A DNA stretch of 64,000 bases, taken from Octopus sinensis (Eukaryota). Location: the NCBI RefSeq assembly GCF_006345805.1, contig NC_043003.1, positions 29,388,001 through 29,452,000 of the forward strand, read 5' to 3'. Positions 22,997 through 35,220 of this stretch are shown here, one piece after another (within the stretch, counting starts at the first letter, position 1; every line of letters begins with the position of its first letter). The notes below the pieces were generated by a model. It had not been told where the DNA came from and did not search any database. It was given only the letters and a program-made list of their open reading frames with translations. The translations under genes and the position numbers were made by a program.

Positions 22997-25900
22997 CAGT
23001 AGTTTTATTTTTATAGCGTGCTTTCACTTCACTACCGAGCGCAGCTCTGTGTGCCTTAGGTATGTGCTGTGATTTGTTGTGATGCTCTGATGGTTATTGT
23101 ATGAAAAGTGTTCTGCGTAGGATGTGTGCAGTGCCTAGTAGTGCAATTTTCTGTATGTTATATGTGTTTGTAAGTCCAGGTGTTTTTGTTATGTATTTGT
23201 CTGAATATTTTTTTATCATGCCTAATGCACCTACTATGATAGGAATTGTTTCTGTTTTTAGATTCCACATTCTGGTTACCTCTATTTCCAGGTCTTTGTA
23301 TTTTGAAAGTTTCTCCATTTCTTTTAGAGACACGTTGTCATCTGCCGGTATTGATACATCAATTAGAAAGCATTTTTTCCCTTCATGATCTCTGACAACT
23401 ATATCTGGTCTGTTGGCCTTAATTTCTCTATCTGTGTGTATCGGCATATCCCAGAGTATGGTTGCTTTCTCGTTTTCTGTGACCTTTTCTGGTGTGTGCC
23501 TATACCATCTTTTTTCTGTTGTTATTCCATAATGTTGGCATAGCTTCCAGTGTATATAGGTTCCAACTCTGTCATGTCTGTGAATATATTCCTTCTTAGC
23601 CAGGATTGGGCAGCCAGAGATAATATAATTTATTTTTCTTGTCCATCTCCACATATTCTGCAGTTACTTGTTATATTTCTTTTCATTACATGTTTTTGGT
23701 AATTTCTAGTGGGGAGGCTTTGGTCTTGTGCTGCAATTAAAAATCCCTCTGTCTCTGCTTTGAGTCCTGGGATTTTTCTTTGTCTATTTCTCTTGCGTTT
23801 AGTTTAGTCTAGTATTTACCATGAAGGGACTTTTCTTGCCATCGTTTTATCATGGTTCGTTGCTGTTCTATTTTTAGTTTGGATTTCGTTTGTTTTATAG
23901 CTTTTGTTGTTTCTTCATGTTCTTCTTCTTCATATTTATTAGGTGGTATGATTTCTTGTTTGTATTTGTCAGCTTCCTTAAATACTGAGAACAGTTTTTT
24001 GTTTCGCTCGTGTTTTGCCGCTATTTGTATCAGTTTTCCTTCCTTCTGAAGTAGATATTTTTGCAGTCCTATAGTGGTTATTTTGTAGTAGTTTTCTAGC
24101 TGTATAAGGCCTCTACCACCTTCTATACATTGTATATATAGTCTTTCTATGTCAATTTTGGGTGATGCATCCTAGATCCTGTCATTATTTTTCTTGTTTT
24201 CCTATCTATTTTGGTCAGTTCATTTAGTGTCCAGTTAAGGATATTGTAGCTGTAACTTATAACTGGGACAGCTAAAGTGTTAATACCTATTATCTTGTTT
24301 TTAGCATTGAGCTCTGTTTTTAGTATTGATCCAACTCGTCTATAATATTCTTTTTTTATTTTCTCTTTCATTTGTGTGTGTTGTGTCTTATCTAGTTCAT
24401 GGATTCCTAAGTATTTGTAAGTTTGGCTTTGATCTAATTATTTTATTTCATTGGTTTTATCTAGCGTGATGTTGCTACTCTTAACTAGTTTTCCTCTTTT
24501 CATGGTTACTTTGGCACATTTTTCTAATCCAAATTTCATATCTATTTCGTTGGTAAATCCATGAACTGTCTTTAATAGTGTTTGCAGCGTATAGTTTTAG
24601 GTCATCCTTATATAAAAGGTGGCTGATCGTTTTGCTGTAACATTTATATCCGCATCCAGTTCTATTTAGCATATCAGATAGAGGTGACAGTGCCAAGCAG
24701 AAAAGGAGTGGAGAGAGCGTGTCTCCCTGGAATATTCCTCTTCTAATGGGGATGGCTTTGGTTTTCATGAGTCCCTCTTTTGTTTGGAGGTGTAGGACTG
24801 TTTGCCATTTATTCATAGAGTGCCCTATGAATTTTATAATTGTTGGTGCTACTTTGTTAATGGCTAGTGTTTCGAGGATCCATGTGTGGGGGATGCTATC
24901 AAACGCCTTTTTGTAGTCGATCCAGGCCATACTGAGGTCTTTCTTCTTTCTGTGGCTGCCTTCAGTTATGGCTTTATTAATCATTAGTTGATCTTTGCAG
25001 CCATATGAGCCTTTGCAGCATCCTTTCTGCTCTTCTGGAAACAGGTTGTTTTCGTCCAGGTGCTTGTTCAACCTTTGCGATATCACTGCAGTAAATGCCT
25101 TGTACATTGTAGGGAGACAGGTTATTGGTCTGTAGTTTTCTGGTTTTGCTGTCTCATTTGATTTGTGAATTAAGATGGTTTTCCCCTTCGTGAGCCATTC
25201 AGGCATTGTCTCTGGCTCTGCTAGTATGTTGTTAAAGTTTTCAGCCAGCTTTTTGTGCATTCCTGTTAGATATTTCAACCAGAAGTTGGGGATCTTGTCA
25301 TGCCCAGGTGCCTTCCAGTTGCTTAGTTTTTGCAGTGCCTGGGTGACCTCTTCAGTTGTTATGGGGGTCCAAAGTTGCTCAGATGCTGAGTTTGTTGTTT
25401 TGATACTCCTTTATTTTGGTTGTTCGTTCACCGACCATATTTCCCTCCAGAATTCTTCCACTTCTTCTGCCATTGGTGCTGCAGTGATTTCTATTTTATT
25501 TTTACCAAGTTCTTGGTAGAACTTTTTGGGGTTGGAGTTGAACTTTTTGTTTTGTTCAAAGAAGCGCTGGCGTTTCTCGTACCGGCGAATCCTTTGTGCT
25601 TTGGCAAGGATATCTTGCTTCAGCTTTTCTTTTATCTCAGGTAAATCTTTTTCTGTGATGTTATATTTGCGGAGTATTTTTGTTTTCTTTTTGTTGCTCA
25701 GTAGCGTTGATTGTCTGCTGATTTCATTAAGAATCGACAGATCTTTTCTCATTTTTTGTATTTTGTTTTGGATGTTATTTATCCACAGGGTTTGTTTGGG
25801 TGGTGGTACCCCTGTTTGGATGGATTTGAGTGAGTATCCAGCTTCTTTTGTGGTTGCAGTGGCTGCTGCGTATACTAAGTCATTTAGCTCAGTGATATCG

Positions 25901-26501
25901 CTTTTTGTTTCAGTGGCTATTAGTTCCGTGACAGCTAGGTTTATGCTGTTTATAATTGGTGTTGTTGTTTCGTCTATTTTGATTTTTGGGAGGTATGGTC
26001 GGTGGTCCATTTTGAGCTTTGTGGTTTTCAGTTCTTTGATTATTTTACTTTTTATATTATCATTGTTTCCAGGTTTTAGATTTGTGTCGCTTTCTTTCTT
26101 ATTTATATGTTTGTTTGCCGTGTTTTGGCTTGCTGTTTGTCGTGTATTATTATGCATCCTTACGGTCTGGGTTTGTTGTTTTTTGTTTCATCGTGTTTGT
26201 TGGGAATGTTACGTTTGTCTTCGTGTTTTACTGTTTCAGTGTTTATGTTATTGGGCATTGTTGTGTGGCTTCTATCTACATTTTCCTGGTGTATTTTTTC
26301 TTTTAGATGTTCTATTTCTATTTCTGATATTTTTTTTGCGTTGAGAATGTATCTTCGTACGTTAGCTAGTTTATTAGGGTTCATTGCTGTATCCAAGTCT
26401 ATATTTATGTTATTTTCCTTCCATATTTTATATGTATGTGTTGTTGTGCTTTCTCTTATTTTCCTTCCATATTTTATATGTATATGTTGTTGTGTTTTCT
26501 T
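22997..26501 (-). mobile_element. Near full-length R4/Dong non-LTR retrotransposon (RT + restriction-like endonuclease), disrupted
   Basis: ORFs 25411-26157, 24481-25278 (YRPITCL, YKKAFDS, GIFQGDTLSPLLF, YKDD), 24147-24371 and 23094-23654 (IISGC...RHD, RPDIV...DVSIP, K..KY..L). 3' end abuts (TAA)n; 5' end abuts (AAG)n/(AAT)n. Confidence 0.92.
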
Positions 26502-26513
26502 CTTCTTCTTCTT

Positions 26514-26544
<31 letters not shown>

Positions 26545-26561
26545 TTATTATTATTGTGATA

Positions 26562-27140
26562 AGGCAGTGAGCTGGCAGAATTGCTAGCATGCTGGACAAA
26601 ATGCTTAGTGGTATTTTGCCCATCACTACGTTCTGAGTTCAAATTCTGCCAAGGTTGACTTTACCTTTCATTCTTTTGGGGTCAATAAAGTACCAGTTGA
26701 GTATTGGGGTCGATGTGATCAACTATCCCTGCCCCCAAATTTCAGGTCGTGTGCCTATAATAGAAAGGATTATTATTCTTTTCTCCTCTAGGTACAAGGC
26801 CCGAAATTTTTTGGGAGGAGTCCAATCAATTAGATCAACTCCAGTATGCAACTGGTTCTTAATTTATCGACCCTGAAAGGATGACAGGTAATAGAAAGGA
26901 TTATTATTACCATCATTGTTAAGGCAGCGAGCTAGCAGAATCATTAGCAAGCTAGATGAAATGCTTAGCAGTATTTTGCCCGTTGCTATGTTCTGAGTTC
27001 AAATTCTGCTGAGGTCAACTCTTTGATTTTCATCCTTTCAGGGTTGATAAATTAAGCACCAGTCAGGTTCTGGGGTCAATGTGATCGACTTCCCTCCAAC
27101 CAAAAAAAATTTCCGGCTTGTGCCTTTCGTGGAAAGGATT
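26562..27140 (+). mobile_element. Two SINE family A copies with a short inverted fragment between them
   Basis: Heads at 26562 and 26922; reverse fragment at about 26820-26890. Confidence 0.8.
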
Positions 27141-27154
27141 ATTATCATTATTGC

Positions 27155-27577
27155 GCACCATTTGAGTGTGATCATTACCAGCATCGCCTTACTGGCACTT
27201 GTGCTCCGTGCTAGTAGGGTGCTAAGAGCACCATTCGAGCATGATTGTTGCCAGAGCGGCTAACTGGCTTCTGTGCCGGTGGCATGTAAAAGGCACCATT
27301 TGAGCATGATCGTTACCAACGTCGCCTTACTGGCACGTGTAAAAGCATTCGAGCAAGGTCATTGCCAGTACTGCCTGACTGGCCCCTGTGCCGGTAGCAT
27401 GTAAAAGCACTCACTACACTCTTGGAGTGGTTGGCATTAGGAAGGGCATCCAGCTGTAGAAACTCTGCCAGATCAAGATTGGAGCCTGGTACAGCCATCT
27501 GGTTCACCAGCCCTCAGTCAAATCGTCCAACCCATGCTAGCATGGAAAGTAGACATTAAACGATGATGATGATGATT
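27155..27577 (+). mobile_element. RTE 3' UTR copy with tandem ~60-bp modules and (GAT)n tail
   Basis: Repeated gtgccggtggcatgtaaaaggcacc modules, then gagtggttggcattaggaagggcatcc...ttaaacgatgatgat. Confidence 0.85.
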
Positions 27578-27579
27578 GT

Positions 27580-27765
27580 TAAGGCTGTGAGCTGGTAGAA
27601 TCATTAGTATGCCGAGCAAAATGCTTAACAGCATTTCGTCTGTCCTTAGCCTTTCATCCTTTTGGGATTGATGAAATAAGTACCAGTTGAGCACTGGGGT
27701 TCATGTAATCGACTAGCCCGTCCCCAAAATTTAGGCCTTGTGCCTAAAGTAGAAAGGATTATCAT
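27580..27765 (+). mobile_element. SINE family A, internally deleted, with (ATT)n tail
   Basis: Family A motif series. Confidence 0.75.
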
Positions 27766-27792
27766 TATTATTATTGTTGTTGTTACTGTTAA

Positions 27793-27827
<35 letters not shown>

Positions 27828-28149
27828 TATTATTATTATTATTTGATGAAAACTCTCAGCTTATTTCGCTGGGTATGATGGAAAGTGTCAGCTATCCACA
27901 GCCAGCAGACTAAGGTAACACTTGTTTACTGGTCATGCTTCAAGAACCCTGCAAAGAAATCTTACAGTTCCAAACAATGCTGAATTTTGTAGGTGTTTTA
28001 CCTTTACATTTGTAGCAGTCCTTTTGATTCATGTTGGTAGTTGAGTGCCAATACTTCCAACTGCACCTATTACTATTGGTATCACACCTGCTTTCTTCAT
28101 TAAATACAACCTTCATATTACCCACTTCAAATCAATTTTAATGATGCCA

Positions 28150-28450
28150 GCCTTCTTCACATGTTTCAACAATGGTTCCATGGTTTCAGACCTGTTTTCA
28201 GAGGCTGGATTACTGCAATGCACAGCAGCACCTGCTTGGTGGTCAAAGTAAATGGCCACCTATTGGAACTATTTAGTATCGTACATTCAGTCCGTCAGAG
28301 CTACCTGCTGCCACCTCTTCTGTATATGCTGGCTCTCAAGCCACTGCTGCAGAAGTTGGAACAATTAAGAGGCCTCCGTTTCAAAATTGAACTTAGGAGG
28401 GAAGTGTCAGCATACACAGATGATGTCACCATCATGGTGTCAGAATATAG
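28150..28450 (+). mobile_element. Tx1/L1-clade RT fragment
   Basis: ORF 28161-28466: FRGWI...VKVNGHL...SVRQSYLLPPLLYMLALKPLL...VSAYTDDVTI (decayed GxRQGxPLSP and YADD). Confidence 0.8.
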
Positions 28451-28589
28451 TTTACAATACTTATAATCTTATGCAAAGTATCATTTAAAATGGCAGATTT
28501 TGCACAGAGATTTTGCTGATGTAAAATACAATGAAAAGAAATCAGTTCACTTGGATCTTTGGTTTCTCTTTCAAGATGTGCAATAAATC

Positions 28590-30550
28590 CTTCTGGATCA
28601 GGTAATGAAGGTTACGGAAAGGGTCATAGCCCAACTGATTAGAGAGAGAGTCAACCTGGATGAGATGCAGTTTGGTTTCGTGCCAGGGAAAAGCACCACC
28701 GATGCCATATTTCTGGTGAGACAGCTGCAGGAGAAATACCTAGCCAAAGATAAAACTCTGTACCTGGCTTTCATTGACTTGGAGAAAGCCTTTGACAGGG
28801 TCCCCCGATCCCTTATCTGGTGGTCAATGAGGAAACTAGGGATAGATGAATGGTTAGTGAGAGCTGTGCATGCCATGTACAGGGACGCTGTTAGTAAGGT
28901 GAGGGTTGGCTACGAGTACAGTGAAGAATTCCTGGTGGAGGTTTGGGTCCACCAAGGCTCAGTCCTCAGCCCCCTCCTATTTATCATAGTCCTCCAGGCA
29001 ATAACAGAGGAATTCAAGACAGGATGCCCCTGGGAGCTCTTCTATGCTGATGACCTTGCTCTAATTGCTGAATCACTATCAGAACTTGAGGAGAAGTTTT
29101 AGGTGTGGAAGCAAGGATTAGAATCGAAGGGCCTTAGAGTCAATCTAGCTAAAACCAAAGTCCTAATTAGTAGGAAGGTAGACAAATCTCAAACGCCTTC
29201 AGGTAGATGGCCCTGCTTGATCTGTAGAAAAGGCGTAGGTAGAAACTCTATAAGATGCACCAAGTGTAAGCTATGGACACATAAGAGGTGCAGCAATGTC
29301 AAAGGAAGGCTAACTAGGAATATAGTTTTTGTATGTGGCAGATGCTCTGGTGCAATAAACACTGAAAATGCGAGACCAACTTCCGCCACATTCCAGGGAG
29401 AAAAACTAGAAATAGTTGATAGTTTCTGTTACCTAGGTGATCAAGTCAGTAGCGGGGGTGGGTGTGCCGAAAGTGTAACTGCTAGAGTAAGAATAGCCTG
29501 GGCAAAGTTCAGAGAGCTCTTACCTCTGCTGGTGACAAAAGGCCTCTCGCTCAGAGTAAAAGGCAGACTGTATGACACATGTGTACGAACAGCCATGCTA
29601 CATGGCAGTGAAACATGGGCCGTGACTGCTGAGGATATGCGTAAGCTCGCAAGAAATGAAGCCAGTATGCTCCGATGGATGTGTAATGTCAGTGTTCATA
29701 CCCGACAGAGTGTAAGTGTCTTGAGAGAAAAGCTGGACCTAAGAAGCATCAGATGTGGTGTGCAAGAGAGACGTCTACGCTGTTATGGACATGTGGTAAG
29801 AATGGATGAAGATAGTTGTGTGAAAAAGTGCCAAACCCTAGCGGTTGAGGGAACCTGTGGAAGAGGTAGACCCAGGAAAACCTGGGACGAGGTGGTGAAA
29901 CATGACCTTCGCTCTTTAGGTCTCACCAAGGAAATGACCAGAGACCGAGACCATTGGAAGTATGCTGTGCGTGAGAAGACCTGGCAGGACAAGTGAGGCC
30001 ACAACCCGTGGGCCCTACTTGGGATGTAGTCAGTCCACCTGTGCATACCTTCCTTCTTGGGACACATAACTCTACTTATGAAGACCTGTTGAGTCAAGTG
30101 AAAATCAAAGAATCAAATCAAATCAAAATCGAAATCAATCAACATCAATGGAATTTGTAGTTTGTGGTACCAGTGCCGGTGGCACATAAGAGAACCATCC
30201 GAACGTGGCCGTAGCCAGCACCGCATTGACTGGCCTTCGTGCTGGTGGCACGTAACAAACACCATCCGATCGTGGCCGTGCCAGCCTCACCTGGCCTCCG
30301 TGCCGGTGGCACGTAAAAAACACCATCTGAGCGTGGCCGTTCGCCAGCCTCGTCTGGCACCTGTGTCGGTGGCACATAAAAAGCATCCACTACACTCACG
30401 GAGTAGTTGGCATTAGGAAGGGCATCCAGCTGTTGAAACACCGCCAGATCTGACTGGCCTGGTGCAGCCGTCGGGCTTCCCAGACCCCAGTTGAACCGTC
30501 CAACCCATGCTAGCATGGAAAGCAGACGTTAAACGATGATGATGATGAGG
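28590..30550 (+). mobile_element. 5'-truncated RTE LINE (RT, C-terminus, 3' UTR, (GAT)n tail)
   Basis: ORFs 28605-29102 (QFGFVPGKSTTDAI, DLEKAFDRV, HQGSVLSPLLF, YADD) and 29103-29996 are in frame, separated by a single TAG. Confidence 0.93.
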
Positions 30551-30555
30551 ATGAT

Positions 30556-32157
30556 GATTCTTAGCCATCATAGCTGGAGCACCTTCCGTGCACACGCTTA
30601 GCAAATTACTAACATTTAGTCGTACTTTGTGGCATTGCTCTTTGAAGTTGTTAAAAATATCTATCCCTCGCATCCTTTCTTTAAGGGTGCCAGAAGCAAG
30701 CACTTCATCAGTTATAGCATAAATAAAATACAATATCTGTGCTGAATCAGTGGAATCTGTTGATTTCATCCAAAGCTACTGAATAATATACATTTTCTTT
30801 GTGGATTATATTTTTCAGCTGCTCTGTTACATCACATACCAATTCATGCTGTCGATCTGTATTAGTTTTCCTTGAAAGAGGCACCTCCTTATATTTGTTA
30901 GCTTTATCTGGATCTATACATCTTACCACTTCTAAAATACATTCCTTTATAAGTTCTGAATCGATGAATGGTTTACCTTTTTTTCCAAGCAAATATGCAA
31001 CTTTATACCTTGTTTCTGTTGCACCATTCCCTTGATGTAAACAGAATGGAAAAATTGTCTTTGCTTTTGTTTTCCATCTTTCAGTTTCTGCAGTGCTATC
31101 TTTTGAGACTCACCCTCTAATTTGGAATATTTATTGTCTTTATGAAGAGTATAATGCTGCTGTGCATTTAATTTCTTAACCTTTACAATTTCAGTATCAC
31201 AAAGGAAACAAGACATTTTGCCTCCACTATTCACTAAAAAGTATTGTAATTCCCATTCTTCATTGAAGATCCCATTTTCTTCTTTCAAAGTTCATTTCAA
31301 TTTCTTCAACATACTTATGGGTTGAAAATTGTTTTTATTCTGAAATACCAATAAAAAATAAAAGAATGATAATGAATTAGTAAGGCTGGTTGCACGCTGA
31401 CCCAGAAAAAACAATCTCGGATAAGATATGATATACCTACATCCCAAACCATATTCTTGGTCTTGAATTTGGCAATTGTCACTACCATTCGAGAATAAAT
31501 ATCATCTTGATTCGTAATATTCTTTTCTGTAATTAGTACTATTATTTATCATTACCCATATTAATATAGAAATAATGTCAAATATCAACAGTTTTCAATC
31601 ACAACAATGACAATTGATAACGTCATGACCAAGATTCCAAGAACATGGTTTCGGATGCTGATTGATCGTGTCTTAGCTAAGACCATTTTATCTGGAACAA
31701 TGTGCAGTAGGCCTAACAGAATAGCAATGAATTTGATCATTGTTACTAATTAAGTCTCAGTAATAAAAAGGAAGTCTGCAAAACAACGCATGCACTGGTG
31801 AATGTATGCTTTCAAATGAGGCTGTAACTAACTCAAGCTTACAATCTCACAAGTCACTACGAACTTAGTCACGACTACAGTTAACTGAGTACTAATAGTG
31901 CAGACCACAGTGAGGAAGTAGATGAGACAAGAACTCTGCATATATTGTGCATGAAGTCACTGAGTAGTACGTAGCACAAACCATAGCAAGGAGGTATACG
32001 AGACAGGAACTCTACATGTATCACGCTTGAGGTCACTCACTCCCACTAGGCTGGTGTGACCAACAAGGAAATGTTGCCTTTATAGCCATGTTGCTTTAAG
32101 TTTATATTCATTAGGTTCATACAAAAATGCTTCCACTTTCTGGAAGTGACATCACTG
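30556..32157 (-). mobile_element. 5' half of a hAT (SPIN/Charlie, GTF2IRD2/EPM2AIP1-like) transposon
   Basis: Minus frames: FNEEWELQYF...MSCFLCD, GKKGKPFIDSELIKECI, YSVALDESTDSTDSAQ, CTEGAPAM. A CAGTG possible 5' terminus at 32157 is uncertain; coding remnant about 30556-31330. Confidence 0.8.
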
Positions 32158-32244
32158 AACTCAGTTATTTTCCCTCTCATATATGTGTGTGTGTATTGTA
32201 AATTTATGCATAAAAACTATAGACAAAAACAATCAAGGTCTTAA

Positions 32245-32400
32245 AAGGAGTGGTTGGCGTTAGGAAGGGCATCCAGCCGTAGAAACATTGCCAGATCAGA
32301 CTGGGCCTGGTGCAGCCTTCTGGCTTCCCAGACCCCAGTTGCACCGTCCAACCCATGCCAGCATGGAAAGCGGACGCTAAACGATGATGATGATGATGAT
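32245..32400 (+). mobile_element. Short RTE 3'-end copy with (GAT)n tail
   Basis: ggagtggttggcgttaggaagggcatcc...gctaaacgatgatgat. Confidence 0.85.
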
Positions 32401-32469
32401 TAACATTTACATCAAAGGCTGCAGAGGGCCGCACTTGTTGATCTAGGTCGCAGGTTCCCCATCCCTGTC

Positions 32470-32930
32470 CTTTACCATCACTTTTCCTAATGGTAGCATA
32501 ACTTCCCATGTATGTAAGTTCCATTTCTGTAGATTTAGTCATCCTTGACTAAGATTACACAACCAGAGATAATGTGGTTAACTGTTTCTTACCCATCTCC
32601 GCATATTCTGCATTTACAACATTCACTTTCATTATATGCTTTTAGCGGTTTCTGATGAAGTGTGGGTGGCTTTGACCCTGTTCTTTAATAAAAAATCATT
32701 CAGTTTCTGCTCTGAGTCCCTCATATCTTGTCCAGTGATGGGATTTTTCTTTGGCTGTTCCCACTCTGTTCAGATTTTTCCAGTATTGGCCTTACTTTCT
32801 TTTTAATCCTGGAAGGCTGTTGTCCCAATTTTAACTTAGATTTAAGCTGTCACACAATTTCTATTGTTGCTTTTCTGTTTATTTCATTACCATATGTTAC
32901 TGTGTCTTCTGTTTCATAATTGTTGGTTTC
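32470..32930 (-). mobile_element. Decayed R4/Dong fragment (zinc-knuckle region)
   Basis: Minus translation CCKCRICGDG*ETVNHIISGCVILV...GTYIHGKLCYH resembles 23560-23700. Confidence 0.7.
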
Positions 32931-32959
32931 CTTGTAGACAAGGGGACAGTTTTTAGATT

Positions 32960-33705
32960 TCTGTCATCTTTTATCCTTTACATGTTTCAGTTATTGACTG
33001 CAGCCATGCTGGAGCACTTCCTTGAAGGGTTTAGTTAAACAAATGATACCAGTTCTTATATTTTCATCTGTTACTTATTTTATTAATCTCTTTCACCAAA
33101 CTGCCAAGACATGGGAACGTAAACAAACTAACACCAGTTGTAAAGCAGTGTATGGTACAAATGCAAACACTAACACACACACACATATGCAAGCACACGC
33201 ACACACACACACACACACACACAAGTTTCCAAACAGCTTCCACCTATCAAATTTACACACAAGGCATCAGTTAGCCTGCACGATAGTAGGAGATGCTTGC
33301 CCAAGATGCTGTGCAGTGGGACTGAACCTGAAATCACAAGGTTGCAAAACAAGCTTCTTAACCACACAGCTATGCCTACTCCTATTTTTTATCCTTTACT
33401 TGTGTCAGTCATTAGACTATGGCCATGCTGGCAATTTTTAGTTGAATGAATTTATCCCAGTACTTATTCTATCAGTTTCTTTTCCCAAACCGCTAAGTTA
33501 CAAGGACATAAGTACATCAACACTGGCTGTCAAGTTGTGGTGGAGGGACAGACAGACACACACACACACACATTTATTTATACATACAGCAAGCTTCTTT
33601 CAGTTTCTTCCTATCAAATACACCCACAAGGCTTTGATCAGCCCAAGGCTATTGTGGAAGACACTTGCCCAAGGTGCCATGCAGTGGGACTGAACCTAGA
33701 ACTAT
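32960..33705 (-). mobile_element. Two tandem SINE family B copies
   Basis: Family B motif series twice (32960-33385 and 33390-33705). Confidence 0.8.
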
Positions 33706-33803
33706 AGCTATTTGCATTAATTTTCCTTAATTCTGTCAGCTGTTTTTAACATTAAGTTTTTATAATACCATCAAGAGCTCTATGTTTGATTAAAATATCA
33801 ATA

Positions 33804-35202
33804 TCTATAAAGCTGAAATATGAAAAATTTGTTTGTCTCATTTTGAGATGGGAACGGTTTAAGGGCCAGTAGATGGGGTCAGATTGACTCCAAAATTTAC
33901 GGGGACATGTAAAAAGAGGCGAGGAAGCGACTGGACTAGGTTAGAAACCCCTATCTCAAAAGCTTTGGTTACTAGGGCAACAAAACCCAGACTTTGCCAA
34001 GTGTTTGCTGTTTCTCACTTTTGGATATCACCCTGTCTTCCTTGATCTTTCACTTTCCTTCCTTCCCTCCACTTTTCATCAATATCTATAAAGCTGAAAT
34101 GCGAAAAAGTTGTTCGATTTCTTGGTTATTTGTCTCATTTTGGGATGGGAATGGTTTAAAGGGAGGTAGATGGGGTCGGATTGGCACCAAAATTACACTG
34201 GGGGGTAAAATGGGGTGGGCAATGGTGTGAGGAAGGTTGCAAGTCACTCGGGGCTACCGTTTAGTTGCTATGGTGAGGAATATGGGAAAAATTGAGTTTT
34301 ATGGGATAGACAGTTTGCGCTGTTTGAATAATGGTGGCTTTTCGTGTTGTTGCAGGGGCTAGATGCAGTTATCTTTAATCTAATCTATAAAATGAAGAAG
34401 ACGAACGTTGATACAAATTAGATTTTTATGTAAAAAGGGGTCTAAATGTGGCTGGAAGGGGATTAAAATTTACAGGAGGGGGTAACTTGAGGTGAGAAAT
34501 TGATTGGGAGACGTTTTGGGGCACTACAGTGGTTGCTTTGCTGTGAAAACAGGGATTTTATTGATTTTTGGGGACACTTGGAGGCCTGGATTGGACACCT
34601 TTTGCCTGATTTCAATCAAATTTTCAACATGGTGTAACAGGATCTGGAATTGGTATTAGTGAAGGGGTGTCCGATCCAATCCTGTCACATTCAATTTAGT
34701 TAAATATAACAGACGAAGTCAGGTTATCTGGGAAAGACAGCAAATGTTGTTTATTACTCGTGATGGTGTACGTATTTCTGAGGGGAAATGACAGCCGAAT
34801 CTTTGTACTGCTTCTTGTTGGTTGATTGAAGTGATTCGATGTGGTCCGTTGCTAAGCCGGTGTAGAGTTCTCAGAGACTACCAAATGCACGTCTGTTCAC
34901 GAGGGCTGAAAGTGCCAGAGAGAGTGAGTGAGTGGTCTGTGTTCTAGGGGTCAGTTTCCCGCACATGCGCATGGGGAAGACTTCCGGTGGCCACACGGAA
35001 GTAGTCCCATTCTGCGCATGCGCACTGAACCTTACACAGCAGCATCACTACAATGGTAAAGTGAAAGTGGATTTGTAATTTAAGCGTGGAAAATGGGTTC
35101 AAAATTTTGAAAATTAAGGCAAGATTTAAGAAACAGAAAGGAAGCAACAGAAAGTAACAACCACAGCCTCACCCACACATAGAGCGGGTCACCTTAAGCT
35201 AG
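33804..35202 (+). mobile_element. Non-autonomous Helitron-like element with reiterated 5' ends
   Basis: A|TCTATAAAGCTGAAAT at 33804, again at about 34085, and a variant at about 34385; 3' gagcgggtcaccttaagCTAG|T at 35199-35202, fitting A/T insertion, 5' TC and 3' CTRR. The 3' hairpin is weak. Confidence 0.55.
34945..35030. promoter_or_regulatory. Imperfect palindrome with NRF1 and ETS consensus motifs
   Basis: TGCGCATGCGCA at 35013-35024, GCACATGCGCAT at 34961-34972, ACTTCCGG at 34980-34987, CGGAAGT at about 34996. Function untested. Confidence 0.45.
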
Positions 35203-35220
35203 TATGATATATAATTGCAG

